From contig OZ024749.1 of NCBI GenBank assembly GCA_964016885.1, positions 47,120,001 through 47,184,000 of the forward strand: a DNA stretch of 64,000 nt, written 5' to 3'. The notes below the pieces were generated by a model. That model saw only the letters and a program-made list of their open reading frames with translations, was not told the origin of the DNA and made no database searches. Below are positions 42,969-56,945 of this stretch, piece after piece. The translations under genes were made by a program, and so were the position numbers. This DNA comes from Eledone cirrhosa (lineage: Eukaryota). Within the stretch, counting starts at the first letter, position 1; the number at the start of each line of letters is the position of its first letter.

Positions 42969-45900
42969 TAAATAGTGTACAATGGTTAAGTTTTACATGA
43001 TTTCGAAAATATATCAGTACCATTCATGTTTTTATATTCGACGTAAAGTTTTCCACTGTCCTTATATTGTACATAGTTTTGTGCATGCGTCAACTGTCCT
43101 CATATATTTCATTATTTTGTCCGTATTGTTTAATTTAATTTAAACTCTCATTTATTAACTATATGCTTCTTTGTCTCTTTGCCTTATTTGTACATACAGA
43201 GACACGTACATACACATACACACACATATACGCACATATACCCAGTCACAAATGCAGACAGAGATAAGCACTCGCGAACTCACATGCACTCACCTATACA
43301 CACATATTCATTTTTATATTCATTATTTCCAGAGAGCATAGAATGGATCAGATTATCAAGGCTAATGGTATGATTTTATCTGTGAAACGATCGCAAAACA
43401 ATCGATGAATTAACTAATATATTCTGTCTTCTCTAATCTCTATTTAATGGTTAGTTCGTATTATATGATAATATTAAGTTTGGAATATCACATGATTAAC
43501 ATAAATATCTCTGAAACAGTATTAATCTACGGATTCGTTTTGTAAAACAACTTAATCTCCTCCATATGTTCTACTACGTGACAAACAAATAATTTTGCCC
43601 TCACAATTCCCTGAACTGTAAGAAAAATATTTCATGTGAAAGAGACAAGTAAACATTTAAAGGAACATAGGTAGATAGATGCCTGTTAATAGATGGGAAC
43701 ATTACGAAACACTAACCAAAGTAATTGAAGCATACATCAGTGATAGAGGAAACCTTTTGTCACAGACGTTTCCTCTTGTCACAGACGTTTCCTATACACA
43801 TTGCTAATCACCTGCTTTAGAAATATCTAAAACCTACAGAAGAACCAAAAATAATAGGCATTTATGCAATAAATATGCCGTTATGTTTCTTAGCACATAC
43901 GCTAAGCCACTTGAAATTCGCCAGGTTTATTAGAATTTCTCCAAACATAACATCTACATTATATTCAGAATCACATTAACAATACAACACTAAACACTCT
44001 TAAAATGATTGCCTCACTATCCACTTAGTACTATTATATAAACGGAATCAGATTTATTGCAACCCAGAATATTAATGAACGTCAGAAATTCTACTATTTT
44101 TCATTAAAATAATTATTCTACATCCAAACGTATCAAACCTTTTGATTCAGATACAATTTAGTTCCGATTATATTCTGTAAATCAAACTGATATTATATAT
44201 CGAACAGTCAAACTAGTTCGCATTCAATATTTCACTCAGTTGTATCTATGAAATTACATAATATCAATTAAATTAAATTATTGACGCTAGAAATAATTTC
44301 ATATCGCATAATTGTATGATATATAATTTGTCTAGAGAGAATGGCAGTGGTCACTCACCGATCTATTAAGGAGTATACAACATACATTTAGGTTGCGTAT
44401 ATAGATTGTGATCCGAAAATTAATTCCATTAAGACACGCGAATTATGCAATGAGTCATCATATTAATAAAACAATTTCTATCTACTCTGAATCCCAAGTA
44501 TAATGGCATCATTAATTTAACTTCTATATAAACAGTGTTTAACACAGCCAGTTTTAGTTAAAATAATGTAGAATCGGTACAGTTACAGCAACAATTAATT
44601 CAATTGAATCGATAACGAAGTATTTTCTTGACTCGCAACATTGCTGGATAGCATTCAATATTGATATGAATAGCATATCTATGCTACAGAATTGGTAGCC
44701 TTCACTTCCTTCAGATGCTAATATATTTAGTTATATAGAATATCACATAGATAGAATGCGGAAATATTCATCATATTTACCGACTGCTTAGGTGACTAGA
44801 ATTAAATTGTACCACACTAACATAGTTCTCATATGCTGCTATTAATATGTATAGTTATATTTACGTTATATATAATGGGACATACTTCAGTAACCTAACA
44901 GTGTTCGTTTGATATTTCGTAATCCTTGACAGTTCGGGTACGTTGCATCTTAAATAAATGTTACTATTTCGGCTAAATTAATTCCTAAATCGTTTATAAT
45001 GATATATATATATATATCATGTTATATTATATGACGAAACAATATTCGGTGAACGTGTTTCAACAGACATTTGATATCACAATACATATATATGAATTAG
45101 CCATCAGTAATCTGAATGTGTATGAAGTTTGAATACGCTCTAGTTGCCAATAGAAATAACGTAACTGTCGTTAACTGAAGTTATAGAAAACGATTAGCTT
45201 TTTAGTGTATATGTTTAATTGACTTTAATTTAATTGTTCGTCATCGGTTTTTTCAGATAGACCTTGATCTAAATAACATATATTTCTACAATATTTATTT
45301 ATAGCGTATAAATGGAGTGACCTAACGATATTGTTATGCTCCATAATCTGGAATACTAAAATAGTAAAGAAATGAGAATAGAACATTTATATACATTTTG
45401 GAAATTGTTACATTTGTGTTCACCTCTATGCTTCAACAAGTGAGTCATATTTACAACTACAATATCTAGTATGTAGTATCATATCTCTCGAAACCAATTG
45501 TTTATTTTCATCAAGTTTGGCGAACAACTTGTGGCTTCATTATTCTATTGTTATTGGTCTCCATTCAAAACTAGATCCACGACGCGTTCTGTTAGGTTTC
45601 TTTAAAACAATTAGAAACTTTCGTTAAAAAAAAACATTTAACAAGCTACGAATAATGATGACTAAGAATGTCTACACAGACTTAATTTTCTTGTAAACAT
45701 ATCTGGCAAGCAAGGCAGAATAATGCTGGCCACTATTCAAGATTACTTCATAATTACTATCAATAGATATCAAAATCGACAATGACGCCAATAACATCCA
45801 CACTATTTCTAAAAGCTTATCAAAATCAAAACGATAATTACGAAGATGTCAATTCGCATCATTTTAACACGTTTTAATCACAAACATTTGTAAATCAATC

Positions 45901-46938
45901 TGGTCGTATTTATGTATGCGCCAAATTTAAAACAAAACAGAGCAATTACTATGCACATTCTGAATTAATATAATTATTTTGATTTGCACATCTGAGCTGC
46001 AGGAATTACGCTTAGACAATTGTTTTGGAGAGGACAGAAAAACTGTCGAAATTCAAATATAGTAATAGTGGGAAGTAGAATTTTCAATAAAGTCTTTTGA
46101 GAATACGGTAACTATGGCCCTGACGGCGGAAGCCGTAGAGAATTGAATCTATAATATCATTTAGATGAATGCATTTCCCTATGAATAAAAGGGGCAACAT
46201 AGAGACACGAAGGCTACACAAATATATCTATAAATAATATAAAACATATGTCAGCGATTTCTAATTATTGTCGGTGGTGCCACAATTAAAACCTTTGGAT
46301 AGTCTGCCATGAAATATAGATGAACCGTAATATTCTTACAGAAAATATTATGTATACTATAAAAAAATATATTTCGAGCATCAAACCTGATATACGCTGC
46401 TGGAAGTATAGCCAAGCCAGAAAACTGCAGACTCTCAGTAGTGCTTGAGATTTCAGAAACAACAATCCGCAGTAATTGCGTATCGTAAGGACGTTAGCCA
46501 AGCTGCAATAATTGGTTCCCCACAAAATGACTGACGGACTTCATGGAGCCGGCTGGTTACGTTCCAACGTCACTGGGGATGAAATAGAGTGTCTCTAAAT
46601 TATTGTCATGCGCAAGCGATTATCAGTTGACAAAAAGTGTGCCAGAATTGCAAACAAATGTTTGTCCCCGCCCATAGATTCCCCTAATAAGTCTCTAATG
46701 GGAATAGAAATGTATCACCAAATAATTGTTGCCATCAACGACCATCAGCATAATCTCTCATGTCTGTTGCCAGAAACTTCACACATTAAACCCCACAGGT
46801 GCGCTCACACAATATTGCTGTTCGTTTCCGTTATGGTAACGCCCGCCTGCAAATATATATTAATACCCGTGGGAAGCTGCTGAATCCAAGCTCTGCTGCC
46901 CGACCATATAGACTATCATACCCTTCTCGCATTCAGCA

Positions 46939-47034
46939 ATGGATTGCTGTCAAGTACTTAGAGTATTTTTTGCACCGAAGCCAGGCGAATTCTACATGGA
47001 AAGACTATTTCGAATTCTCAAACAATATAAGATG
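46939..47034 (+). CDS. Candidate first coding exon of an unidentified host gene
   Basis: ATG-initiated MDCCQVLRVFFAPKPGEFYMERLFRILKQYKM followed by donor-like ATG|gtaatt. Lies downstream of a locally GC/CpG-richer, repeat-free stretch with a GC box. No homology recognised. Confidence 0.3.
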
Positions 47035-50000
47035 GTAATTGCAAACGATGACGGTTATTTTAACTAATGTAACATTTACCGAATACTAAAACAACTCTAA
47101 ATCATTAAAAAATTGAAAATCGGCGAGAACTTTCTCTCCATCCTTCTTTTATTTTAGTCTAGTCAATCCCGATATTCTAATTTACTTTCTTTATCGAAAA
47201 TCGGATACGTAATTTAAACTTTATTTCTGTTATTATTTCAACTGAATCGATATTCTTAAACTTCATTACGTAAACACACGTAAAATGCTAATACTTTCTT
47301 TTGTTCTTTGTGTACTTTATTGATTTTACTTCATATATGACGACAAACAAATCAAATCTATGTTCTTAATGCTGTGTAATTTAACAAACGTGTGTATTTA
47401 ACAACTGTGAACCATTCTTTAGAGGATTATATCCGTGAATTACTGACATGTTTTCCATGTGTCAGTACCTTTCCGTCTCTTTATTATCTCTGTCAATACC
47501 AACAGGTACACATGGCAGTATTTATATTTTATTTTATGTAAAACCATAATGGTGATGATTGAAATATAAAGGAGTGAGATTTCTCAATAATTTTAACATG
47601 GCACGTTCTTTTTTAAATGGATTTATTAGTTCAATACGATCGAATAAAATATTGATAATGAGAGAAAGGCATATAAGGTAACAATCAAATTTAAAATAAA
47701 AATATTACCAAATGTCTATGCTTTGTGTGATAATCATTTTATAGCCACCGAGATGTTGATAACACGAAGCAGTTCCATAGAATGTAGCTGGGAAGAATGC
47801 AGTAGCAAAACATTGGATATTGACAGATTAGTTTTTATTTCTTTACAATAATCATTGAAGAAAATTATTTACTATTTAGTCTGTCCCATGCTCTTATATG
47901 AACACATATACATCTATAAATATATGTAGATATGCATTGCAAGCAAATATTTAGTTATTTCAAAGAACATATGAATTTGTCAAGCTTTCATGATCAGAAA
48001 TATTTATGAAGGAGTAATGGACCTATTGATTTAATTCTAGACATGGTATATGCAAGCTGGTTAGATTCTCGCAAAACAAATTTTTACAGCAAATGAAACT
48101 GTCAAATTTACACAATCGAAACCAAGATGAAACAACAAATACAACGTAGTTGAAAACCTCAATTCGTATCTAATCAGTGACAGCAAGCAGCTGGGTGTTA
48201 AATGCAATTTCAAGTGACATACTATCCACTACCTACTCGACTGTGATAGTCTGGCGAAATCTATTTTTAGATTAACGAAATAGTCTAAAGTAACATTGAC
48301 CAGCTATATTTTACTGATGGAATAATACATCAAATCTAATACAAAAAAGTAACGTAAAGAATCAGAATGTTCTGAAATATAATAATTTCATATAGATATG
48401 TGTGACGAATGTAGGAAAATACACAAAATAAAAACATTACGCATATGACTGTATCTGCCTCGCAAATGCATAGATGGAATATTCATGAGTAACATATTTA
48501 GAGGAGAGAACATGTCACCATACGCACGATCATAGTAATTGAAACAATAATTAAAAAGTGATAGTTTGTCTCAGCATATCCTATAATGAGATATGCATCT
48601 ATGTCTTCCACAAGAGTTCCATACTTTGTGTTTTCTGACTCGCAATCCCAAGTAGTATTTCCCTGACAATCTCAATATAGGCATTTCATTCGTATTTTGT
48701 TTATGTACAAGCCCAGGCCGCATTCTTCTAGTTTGTATGTTCAACAATCCCCTACCACCCTGCTTTCCTTTCCAGTAGAAATTGTCTCACTCTCCTTGTG
48801 AATGCATAATTTCATAGTTAGTGACCATTCTTCTTGTTTTAGGATAAATTTACTTCAACTCTACTTTTGACCATTCTACTATTCCTGCGCCATACCTAAG
48901 CAATTAAACAGCTATTGCGTTACATTTATTATCATTGTATGTAGGTATTTCATGCAGCCACCTATGTATGCTTGTGTCTTGTAGTTTGATGATGTATGAT
49001 ATCTAATTTTATAGTTGAAGGTGGACTATATAAAACCATATATTTATTTATGCCCGTGAGCAATATAAACGCCGTTATTCTAACGAAAACTCACTTATAT
49101 TCTATATTCTGGGTGTGTAGAGAAAATGAAAGTAACATATAAATATAAACACAATATGAAAAGCAATTAATTTCATTAAATTATTTCATATATCACATGT
49201 AGTTTTTTTACCTGCATGCTATTACTATGTTTTGTTACAGAAGACAAATTTCATATGCGTAATGAATTTACATGCCAAAATACATATCTTAACTTTCTCC
49301 ACCATAATGCTCATCATTGTATCATACACCCCTCCCTATCATCCACACTGTCTTAGTAAATGTATTATATACTTTTTTTTTTCTCTGCATACCATTACCA
49401 ATTGTGAATGCTGATGATAATCATAATAATGAGGTGAGCAAAGAATAATAATGAAATCAAGGAGCAGGGTGTACCATATTTGAAAAAGAAGCAAAAGTTT
49501 ATACCAAATAAAAAGCCTAAAAACTGAAACGGAAGCAATCGTGTATATTATAATCATATCATTCTTCTACTAAATTGTATACTTAGAGATTAAGCAAAGA
49601 GAAATATTTTATCTCGCTATGAATACTAAACGATTCTTTTCAACTTATCTTTATTTCCAGACAATCATCAATAGTTATTTTTTCCTTCACGCCCTACCAG
49701 TCTGCGATGCCTTTGTTATCTATTTTTATCGCTTACACCATTATATTCCCATAAGTCTGCTATTGTTAACAATATCAACACGAAACCAATAGAGATATTT
49801 CTGTCTTTGTTGCTTCATTTATTCCATCGAAAAATGCACATAGGACTACCTATCTGTCTCAATATCAAATATAGATATTTAAAACCACCGTGTATTTAAT
49901 TTATTTTTGTAATGTTATGGTGAACCATCTCAGCTGTGTTACAATAAAATGTGGAATATTTTCTCATACCGGCATATAAACACATATTATTTCACAATAG

Positions 50001-50460
50001 AGTAATATAGAGAAGACAAACGTTTCCCATAATATATGTGTATGTGATATAATGAATATATCACTTAAATATTGGAAAATCGTGCAAACTGTAATGATAG
50101 TTTCCGTATGTTTTCAAATTTTTGTAGGAAAATTACCAAGTATAATAATGGCCATGATGTATACTTTTGTTACATTGTTTACCGAAAATTATATGTCAAA
50201 TAAATCTCATTTTATTTGTAAAATTCTGGGTGAAGAATACGGAGAGTAATCTCTGTCTCCATGCAAAGTAATTAACCATAAAGGTCCTGACTTGCTTTTC
50301 AGTAAATATGACATCACACTCAATATAAATATCGAAAACATAGAACTTACAGGATCTTACACACTGTTAGATATGAGAAACAACTGTATATATTAATCGA
50401 CTGATAACTTATATGTGTGTGTGTGTGTTTCTATGTATATACGTATATATATATATATAT

Positions 50461-50647
<187 letters not shown>

Positions 50648-52039
50648 GGGTGGACTACCCGAATACTAGAATGTCTTCCTAGCAAACAATTCAGTGAATA
50701 CAATTTGACATATTGCAATTTCACATATACTACGAAGGCCATCGCGACTGACTCTTAGAATACACAGGTAATTCAAATATCGATGTGCATATGCATACAT
50801 ATATAATGCATATATACATGCTTGAATGGTAGTTATCAATCATTCTACGCCCCTTTAAAATGTGGTATTTTTATTATATGGACTCTCGTTATGGTTTATT
50901 ATGGAATAGAAATATATGTCCTTTATGATACATATAAGGCGAATCATAAACAATAACTACATTTGTGAGAGATATGTTTCTTAGTGTAAACACTGTATGA
51001 AATAATGTTATTGCATGATTCCATCGGGTTTTTAAGCTTCATAAAACGTAAAACTTATCTAACACTATATCCTATATTTTCAATATAACCCATACTCTAA
51101 TGTGTTAAAACGTTTCGTTTTAAATTTATTAACCCTATATTTCTTTGCTATCTGACTTAACAGATTTGTAATAATATTATAATCGCGAAGATTTAATACT
51201 GGTTTGTTTATGAAGTAGGTTACACTCCTGTAGTAATATAGTATAGTTATTTTTGCAGTAATGAAGGGTATGTTTTGTTTCTCAATTGCAACAAACTTTA
51301 TAGACACTTCGGCATCGGAATAAATAATAGCTAAACAAATAAGTATTCCTATAGAATAGATAACTTAAGCCGAAAGATTCCTATGAGTATACTGATATTA
51401 GTTTTTAATAATTAATTTTGTTTTAATGCGTATATTTTTAATATATTTCCATCTATTCTCAAACGAGAAGTTTCAGAAAATATTTAAAATATAAAATAAT
51501 TTCAAAAAAGTAGAAAGCAAACAAAAATAAAGGGATTTAACATAGAAAATTGGATTTCATTGTTCATTATTTCTAGGGAATTGTTTCACTAGAGAGATTA
51601 AAGTAGTAAGGAGTTTGTCATGATAATAATAAAAAGTAAACATTCCCTATAATCACTTTCCCTTCAAAACTCGTAAACTTCATTATTTAGAAAATGCTAT
51701 GGTGGCAACGCAATGGAGGCATCTTGTGCAATAAGCAAATATCACCTTTTATGCATCACCAAGTAATTCAAATATGAGCACGTTGAAAGCAATTGAATAT
51801 ATTATCTAATATAGGACAGCTTCTGAAATTGATGATTACTAAGAAAAAGCCGAAGACATATAGGCCCCGAAAACCTACATATAATGCTTGACATTGCATT
51901 ATATCTCTTTGACTGTCTCTCTGTCTATCCATCTATCCATCTATATATATATCTGTCTGTGTATCTATCTATCTATCCATACATCCATCTATTTATTTAT
52001 CAATCTATCAATCAACCTATCTATCTAATCCCCCCTCGA

Positions 52040-52543
<504 letters not shown>

Positions 52544-52724
52544 TATAAGAGGAGAGAGAGACAGAGACAGAGAGCAATCTGTTTGTGTGTGTGAGTGCGT
52601 ATGTATATTGTACAATGCATAACTAAATATGTGGTCAAGAAATTGATTTTATAATATATATTTTATTAATATATATATATTAATTCAAAATATTAATAAA
52701 TATAAACATTCATGTGATCAAATA

Positions 52725-52790
52725 TATTTTATTATATATATTTCAGAGGTACTGTGCTGTTTCCTCAGTACGTCCCCATCAGATAAAATA
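52725..52790 (-). ncRNA. Type I hammerhead with a single core mutation (A9>G)
   Basis: UAUUUUAU-CUGAUGG-GGACGUACUG...CAGUACCUCU-GAAA-UAUAUAUA-AUAAAAUA; 8-bp stem I and (AU)4 stem III. Confidence 0.7.
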
Positions 52791-52949
52791 AATTGATGTC
52801 TGTCATACCTCAACCGTGCTAATGGTTCAATTCCTGTCTTGGCAGTGAATTAATATTAATAACTCTAGAAAAAGTTCAGTGCTGAGTGTTTCTAATCTAT
52901 AGTAAAACTATATTCATTCATTAATCAATGAACCTTGTTTAACTGTTGG

Positions 52950-52985
<36 letters not shown>

Positions 52986-53044
52986 CCAACATGAAATTTA
53001 TACATTTTGTTAAAAAAAAGATTGTTTTTTTATTTTTTTAATTT

Positions 53045-53115
53045 ATAATAAATTGGAGTGAAAGCTACTGGTGCGTGTGTTTCTTATTGGCAACATGATC
53101 CTCCCAAAGTATAAC
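53045..53115 (+). mobile_element. Single arm of the 5084/54926 repeat family
   Basis: aataaattggagtgaaagctactggtgcgtgtgtttcttattggcaacatgatcctcccaaagtataac. Confidence 0.8.
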
Positions 53116-53520
53116 CTTATACATATATATATATATATATATATTACAATAAGTGGTTATGATCAACATAATCGTAATTATAATTATAATTGACTCTTAT
53201 ACTGCCTATAAAGTGTTAGAGATAAGCGTGTCCTTGCTTGGATTATAGGGGAGAATGCAAGCAAATGGCTCTCTGAAAATTTAGGCGCAATTCTGGGGCA
53301 CAAAATCCTCCAGTTTTCATTTCAGACTAAAGCTAATACAGCCCTATTTGAATAATTAGAATTAGTCAATGGAATTACACATTCAAACACATACAGCAGA
53401 CAGTGATACACACCCACGCACATACACACAAACACACACACACACATACACACACCCATATATATATATATGATCTTGCGAATATATAACTCTGCGTGAT
53501 TTAGTGTATGTAACACAGTG

Positions 53521-53576
<56 letters not shown>

Positions 53577-53602
53577 AAATCTGTCCCGTTACCCATCTTT
53601 TT

Positions 53603-53641
<39 letters not shown>

Positions 53642-53651
53642 AACCAGTAAG

Positions 53652-53745
53652 ACCCCGGCAGCTGAGCTCAAGCCGTTTCGACGGCTAATTCTGGACTAAA
53701 TGAAAATTTATCCTGGTATTTAAATAGCCGATCTTCTCAAGGGGT
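53652..53745 (-). ncRNA. Type I hammerhead (U3-A8), cleavage triplet mutated to GCC
   Basis: Mirror of 54700-54793 with U16.1>C. Confidence 0.7.
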
Positions 53746-54699
53746 AATTCCATATATGGTCAAAGTGATTGTCAAAAATCAGTAGTAATTCTGTGGTTGC
53801 AAATTAGTAGGGGAGATGGTGGCTAAACCTGCCAGTAGGAGAAAGAGGGGAGGGGGTGGAGTAGACCCAATCAAGCGTTGGTAGTGCCAGCTACAGCTGG
53901 GCATGAGGTCAAAGAAGATACAGGGGAGGGGGAGGGGGAGGAAGTCGGAACGGTAGGTAGAACAATGGGGGGTAGAAATAGGAAAGGAAAAAATACTGAG
54001 AGTGAAGAAAAGCAAATAAGTGTAAAGAAAAAAGTAAAGTAAATTAAATTCTACGACCTAGGTGTCAGGCTATTGTTAGGCGAGAATAAAATAAAGAAAG
54101 AAAGGAAGAAGTAAATAAATAAATGAATAAATAAATAAGGAAATAAGTAAGAGAACTGGGTGGGACGGATAAGGCAAGGACCCTTTTAAGAGGTAAAAGT
54201 ACGTAAATGATACGGTGACGGGTCAACAAAAGGGGCCAAAATACTAAAGAGACTACCACGAAATAAACAATAAAGGTTTCCATCCCGGGCCAGCAACGAC
54301 CCAGTGCAGCAAAGTGAACTTGTACGAGATAATAATTCTGAGTCCCGAGAAAAATATATACTAATGCTAACTCTAAAAGATCTAAAACAAGCTACATGAA
54401 AGTTCGTACGAAATAAAGGTAGAATACGGAGAAATAAATTCAGAATCCACCCCGCCCAGAAGAAAAGCGAAGCAAGAAATACTGAAACGAAAAAATAAGG
54501 CATAAGTGCCACTAAGAAATATAGAGGGCACAGAGAATAGTGGGAGCGGTCGGAAAAAGGGGGAAAGTATCCGGGGTCTAAGCCAACTGCCATAAAGGGC
54601 GGAGTCCTACTGGCAGGTTTAGCCACCATCTCCCCTACTAATTTGCAACCACAGAATTACTACTGATTTTTGACAATCACTTTGACCATATATGGAATT

Positions 54700-54793
54700 A
54701 CCCCTTGAGAAGATCGGCTATTTAAATACCAGGATAAATTTTCATTTAGTCCAGAATGAGCCGTCGAAACGGCTTGAGCTCAGCTGTCGGGGT
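54700..54793 (+). ncRNA. Type I hammerhead (U3-A8 core) with large loop II
   Basis: ACCCC-UUGAGAA-GAUCGGCU...AGCCGUC-GAAA-CGGCU-UGAGCUC-AGCUGUC-GGGGU; site GUC, cut after 54788. Confidence 0.8.
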
Positions 54794-54884
54794 CTTACTG
54801 GTTCCTATTACCCACTCTACTACCTCAAGTATTGAGTACTTTGGTGCGTTATGGTCCACCTGGTTCCTTACCACATTTCCTTCG

Positions 54885-54925
<41 letters not shown>

Positions 54926-54930
<5 letters not shown>

Positions 54931-55412
54931 CGTTTCTGAATGTGTTTAGCAAGATAACTTATCTGAAAACGTGTGTTGAAACCGATGTTGTTATACTTTG
55001 GGAGTGTCGTGTTGCCAATAAGAAACACACACACCAGCTGCTTTCACTTCAATTCATTATAATACATTTATAAATTTAGGCATTTATAAATTTCCCATTG
55101 GTTGGTTGGTTCCACAACCAGATGGTTGTTTATATATTGTCAAAGTTATTTCGTCATACATTATGTGACCTCTTCAGTGACTGGGGATTCTTTTCTTTGT
55201 TTTTGTGCCTCTACTTTGTTCTGTCCTACGCCATCTTGTGTCTGTGTTTGTGTTGTGTGCTCAGTCTGCGCATGCGCCGCATCCGGAACCAACCAACCAA
55301 ACTACCGGAAATTTATAAATTCCTAAATTTATGAATGTATTATAACAAATTGAAGTGAAAGTAGTTGGTGCGTGTGTTTCTAATTGACAACATGACCCTC
55401 CCGAAGTATAAC
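54926..55412 (-). mobile_element. Repeat with ~125-bp inverted arms, one-sided extension and a decayed hammerhead (55139-55181, minus)
   Basis: Arms are 54990-55112 and 55284-55412. Minus strand reads GUCA-CUGAAGA-GGUCA...UGAC-GAAA-UAACUU-UGAC. Confidence 0.7.
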
Positions 55413-55418
55413 AATATG

Positions 55419-55500
<82 letters not shown>

Positions 55501-55651
55501 TATGCTGATAAAAAATCCAAGCGTCAAAGAAAATTGGCGCAGTCTAGATCGTTAGCTCGCCTGCAGCCCTGTAATAGTTAACCCAAAGTAACCTATTGAC
55601 ATTTCTGTTTCAAATATTGAATACAGTATGAGACAATAATCTATATATAAG

Positions 55652-55758
<107 letters not shown>

Positions 55759-56617
55759 GTATATTATGCATGTATATATATTTATATATATATATATATA
55801 TATATGCTCCTCCCTTTTAAAAATGTATTATTTTGTCTTCATATATGCTTCAGGTATACACGTGGCAAGGTTTTTTGTTTGTTCATTTCAGCTAATGGAT
55901 TCACTAAATAAATGTTTTTACATTTTGAAACTGGATAAGGCTCGCTGTAATTGTTATATAGTTACATCGATTATAACATTCATACTTGAAAGAAAATCAT
56001 TGCGTCTGCAAATAGAATCATTGGGTCGCGGATGTTATGTCACATGCGTTCTAGTATGATGATAATGATATAAGTATATTTTTGCAAGTTCAATGAACTT
56101 GCAAATGGATACTGACATCTAAAGCATCGACATGTTTTCGTTATATAAGTGTAGACATTATACGATTATCTTACATAATATATTATAACACTTTGTAAAA
56201 TACACATCGCATTGAATACGATGCGTGTATCACAAAATGTATGCCTCTCATTTAAATATCCACTTTGTGTTCGTTATGTCAGTTTACCGCCATCGAAATG
56301 CAATACAGTTCGAATAAGGTAATCTGCGTATCCTGATATATATGCTGGGTAAGCATTAAGAAGATATGTTCCCTATAGTGAAAAGATCCTTTGCTAACTA
56401 ATGATATTGATTTGTTCGTAATGGCTATATAGTTGTGTCTAAGTTGAAATATTTCTTGATATCTGATATTGGTTGCCATTGGAACATACATCACTGGACA
56501 TAGGTTCACTATCTAAACCTTTGTAAATATATTATTTCAGTATGGTAGGTGGCTTTAGCATCTGGCATTTGGTGACATTAACAAAGTGTTAAAGACAAAT
56601 TCTAATATATATATATA

Positions 56618-56707
<90 letters not shown>

Positions 56708-56903
56708 TATTCGATTTTCCCGTACTGACTTTCAATCAGTAGTGTAACTAATCGTTCACAAACAGAAAACACCCATGATTTAACGAGAGTGTATTTACAT
56801 ATTTACATGATCTCATAACATATCTCTTCTAGGTGTATTCTTCTCAAATTTAAAATGCCTGCAAATGCTGCTTCGACGAGCTTTCAACAAAACCTAAAGA
56901 AAT

Positions 56904-56945
56904 TATAATTGTTTCTACTTTTTGGCACAAGGCCAGCAATTACCA
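56904..56945 (-). mobile_element. SINE 3'-tail fragment
   Basis: ataattgtttctactttttggcacaaggccagcaattacc. Confidence 0.65.

Larger units (their letters stand above)
53638..54888. mobile_element. 1.25-kb Penelope-pLTR-like element with ~200-bp inverted arms, each carrying a hammerhead
   Basis: 53638-53840 equals the reverse complement of 54605-54807 (2 mismatches seen). Both ends are in (TA)n. The interior is purine-skewed and non-coding. Confidence 0.85.

Noticed and set aside
54186-54629. 147-aa hydrophobic ORF in the HHR element
   Set aside because: Reflects pyrimidine skew; no RT or GIY-YIG motifs.
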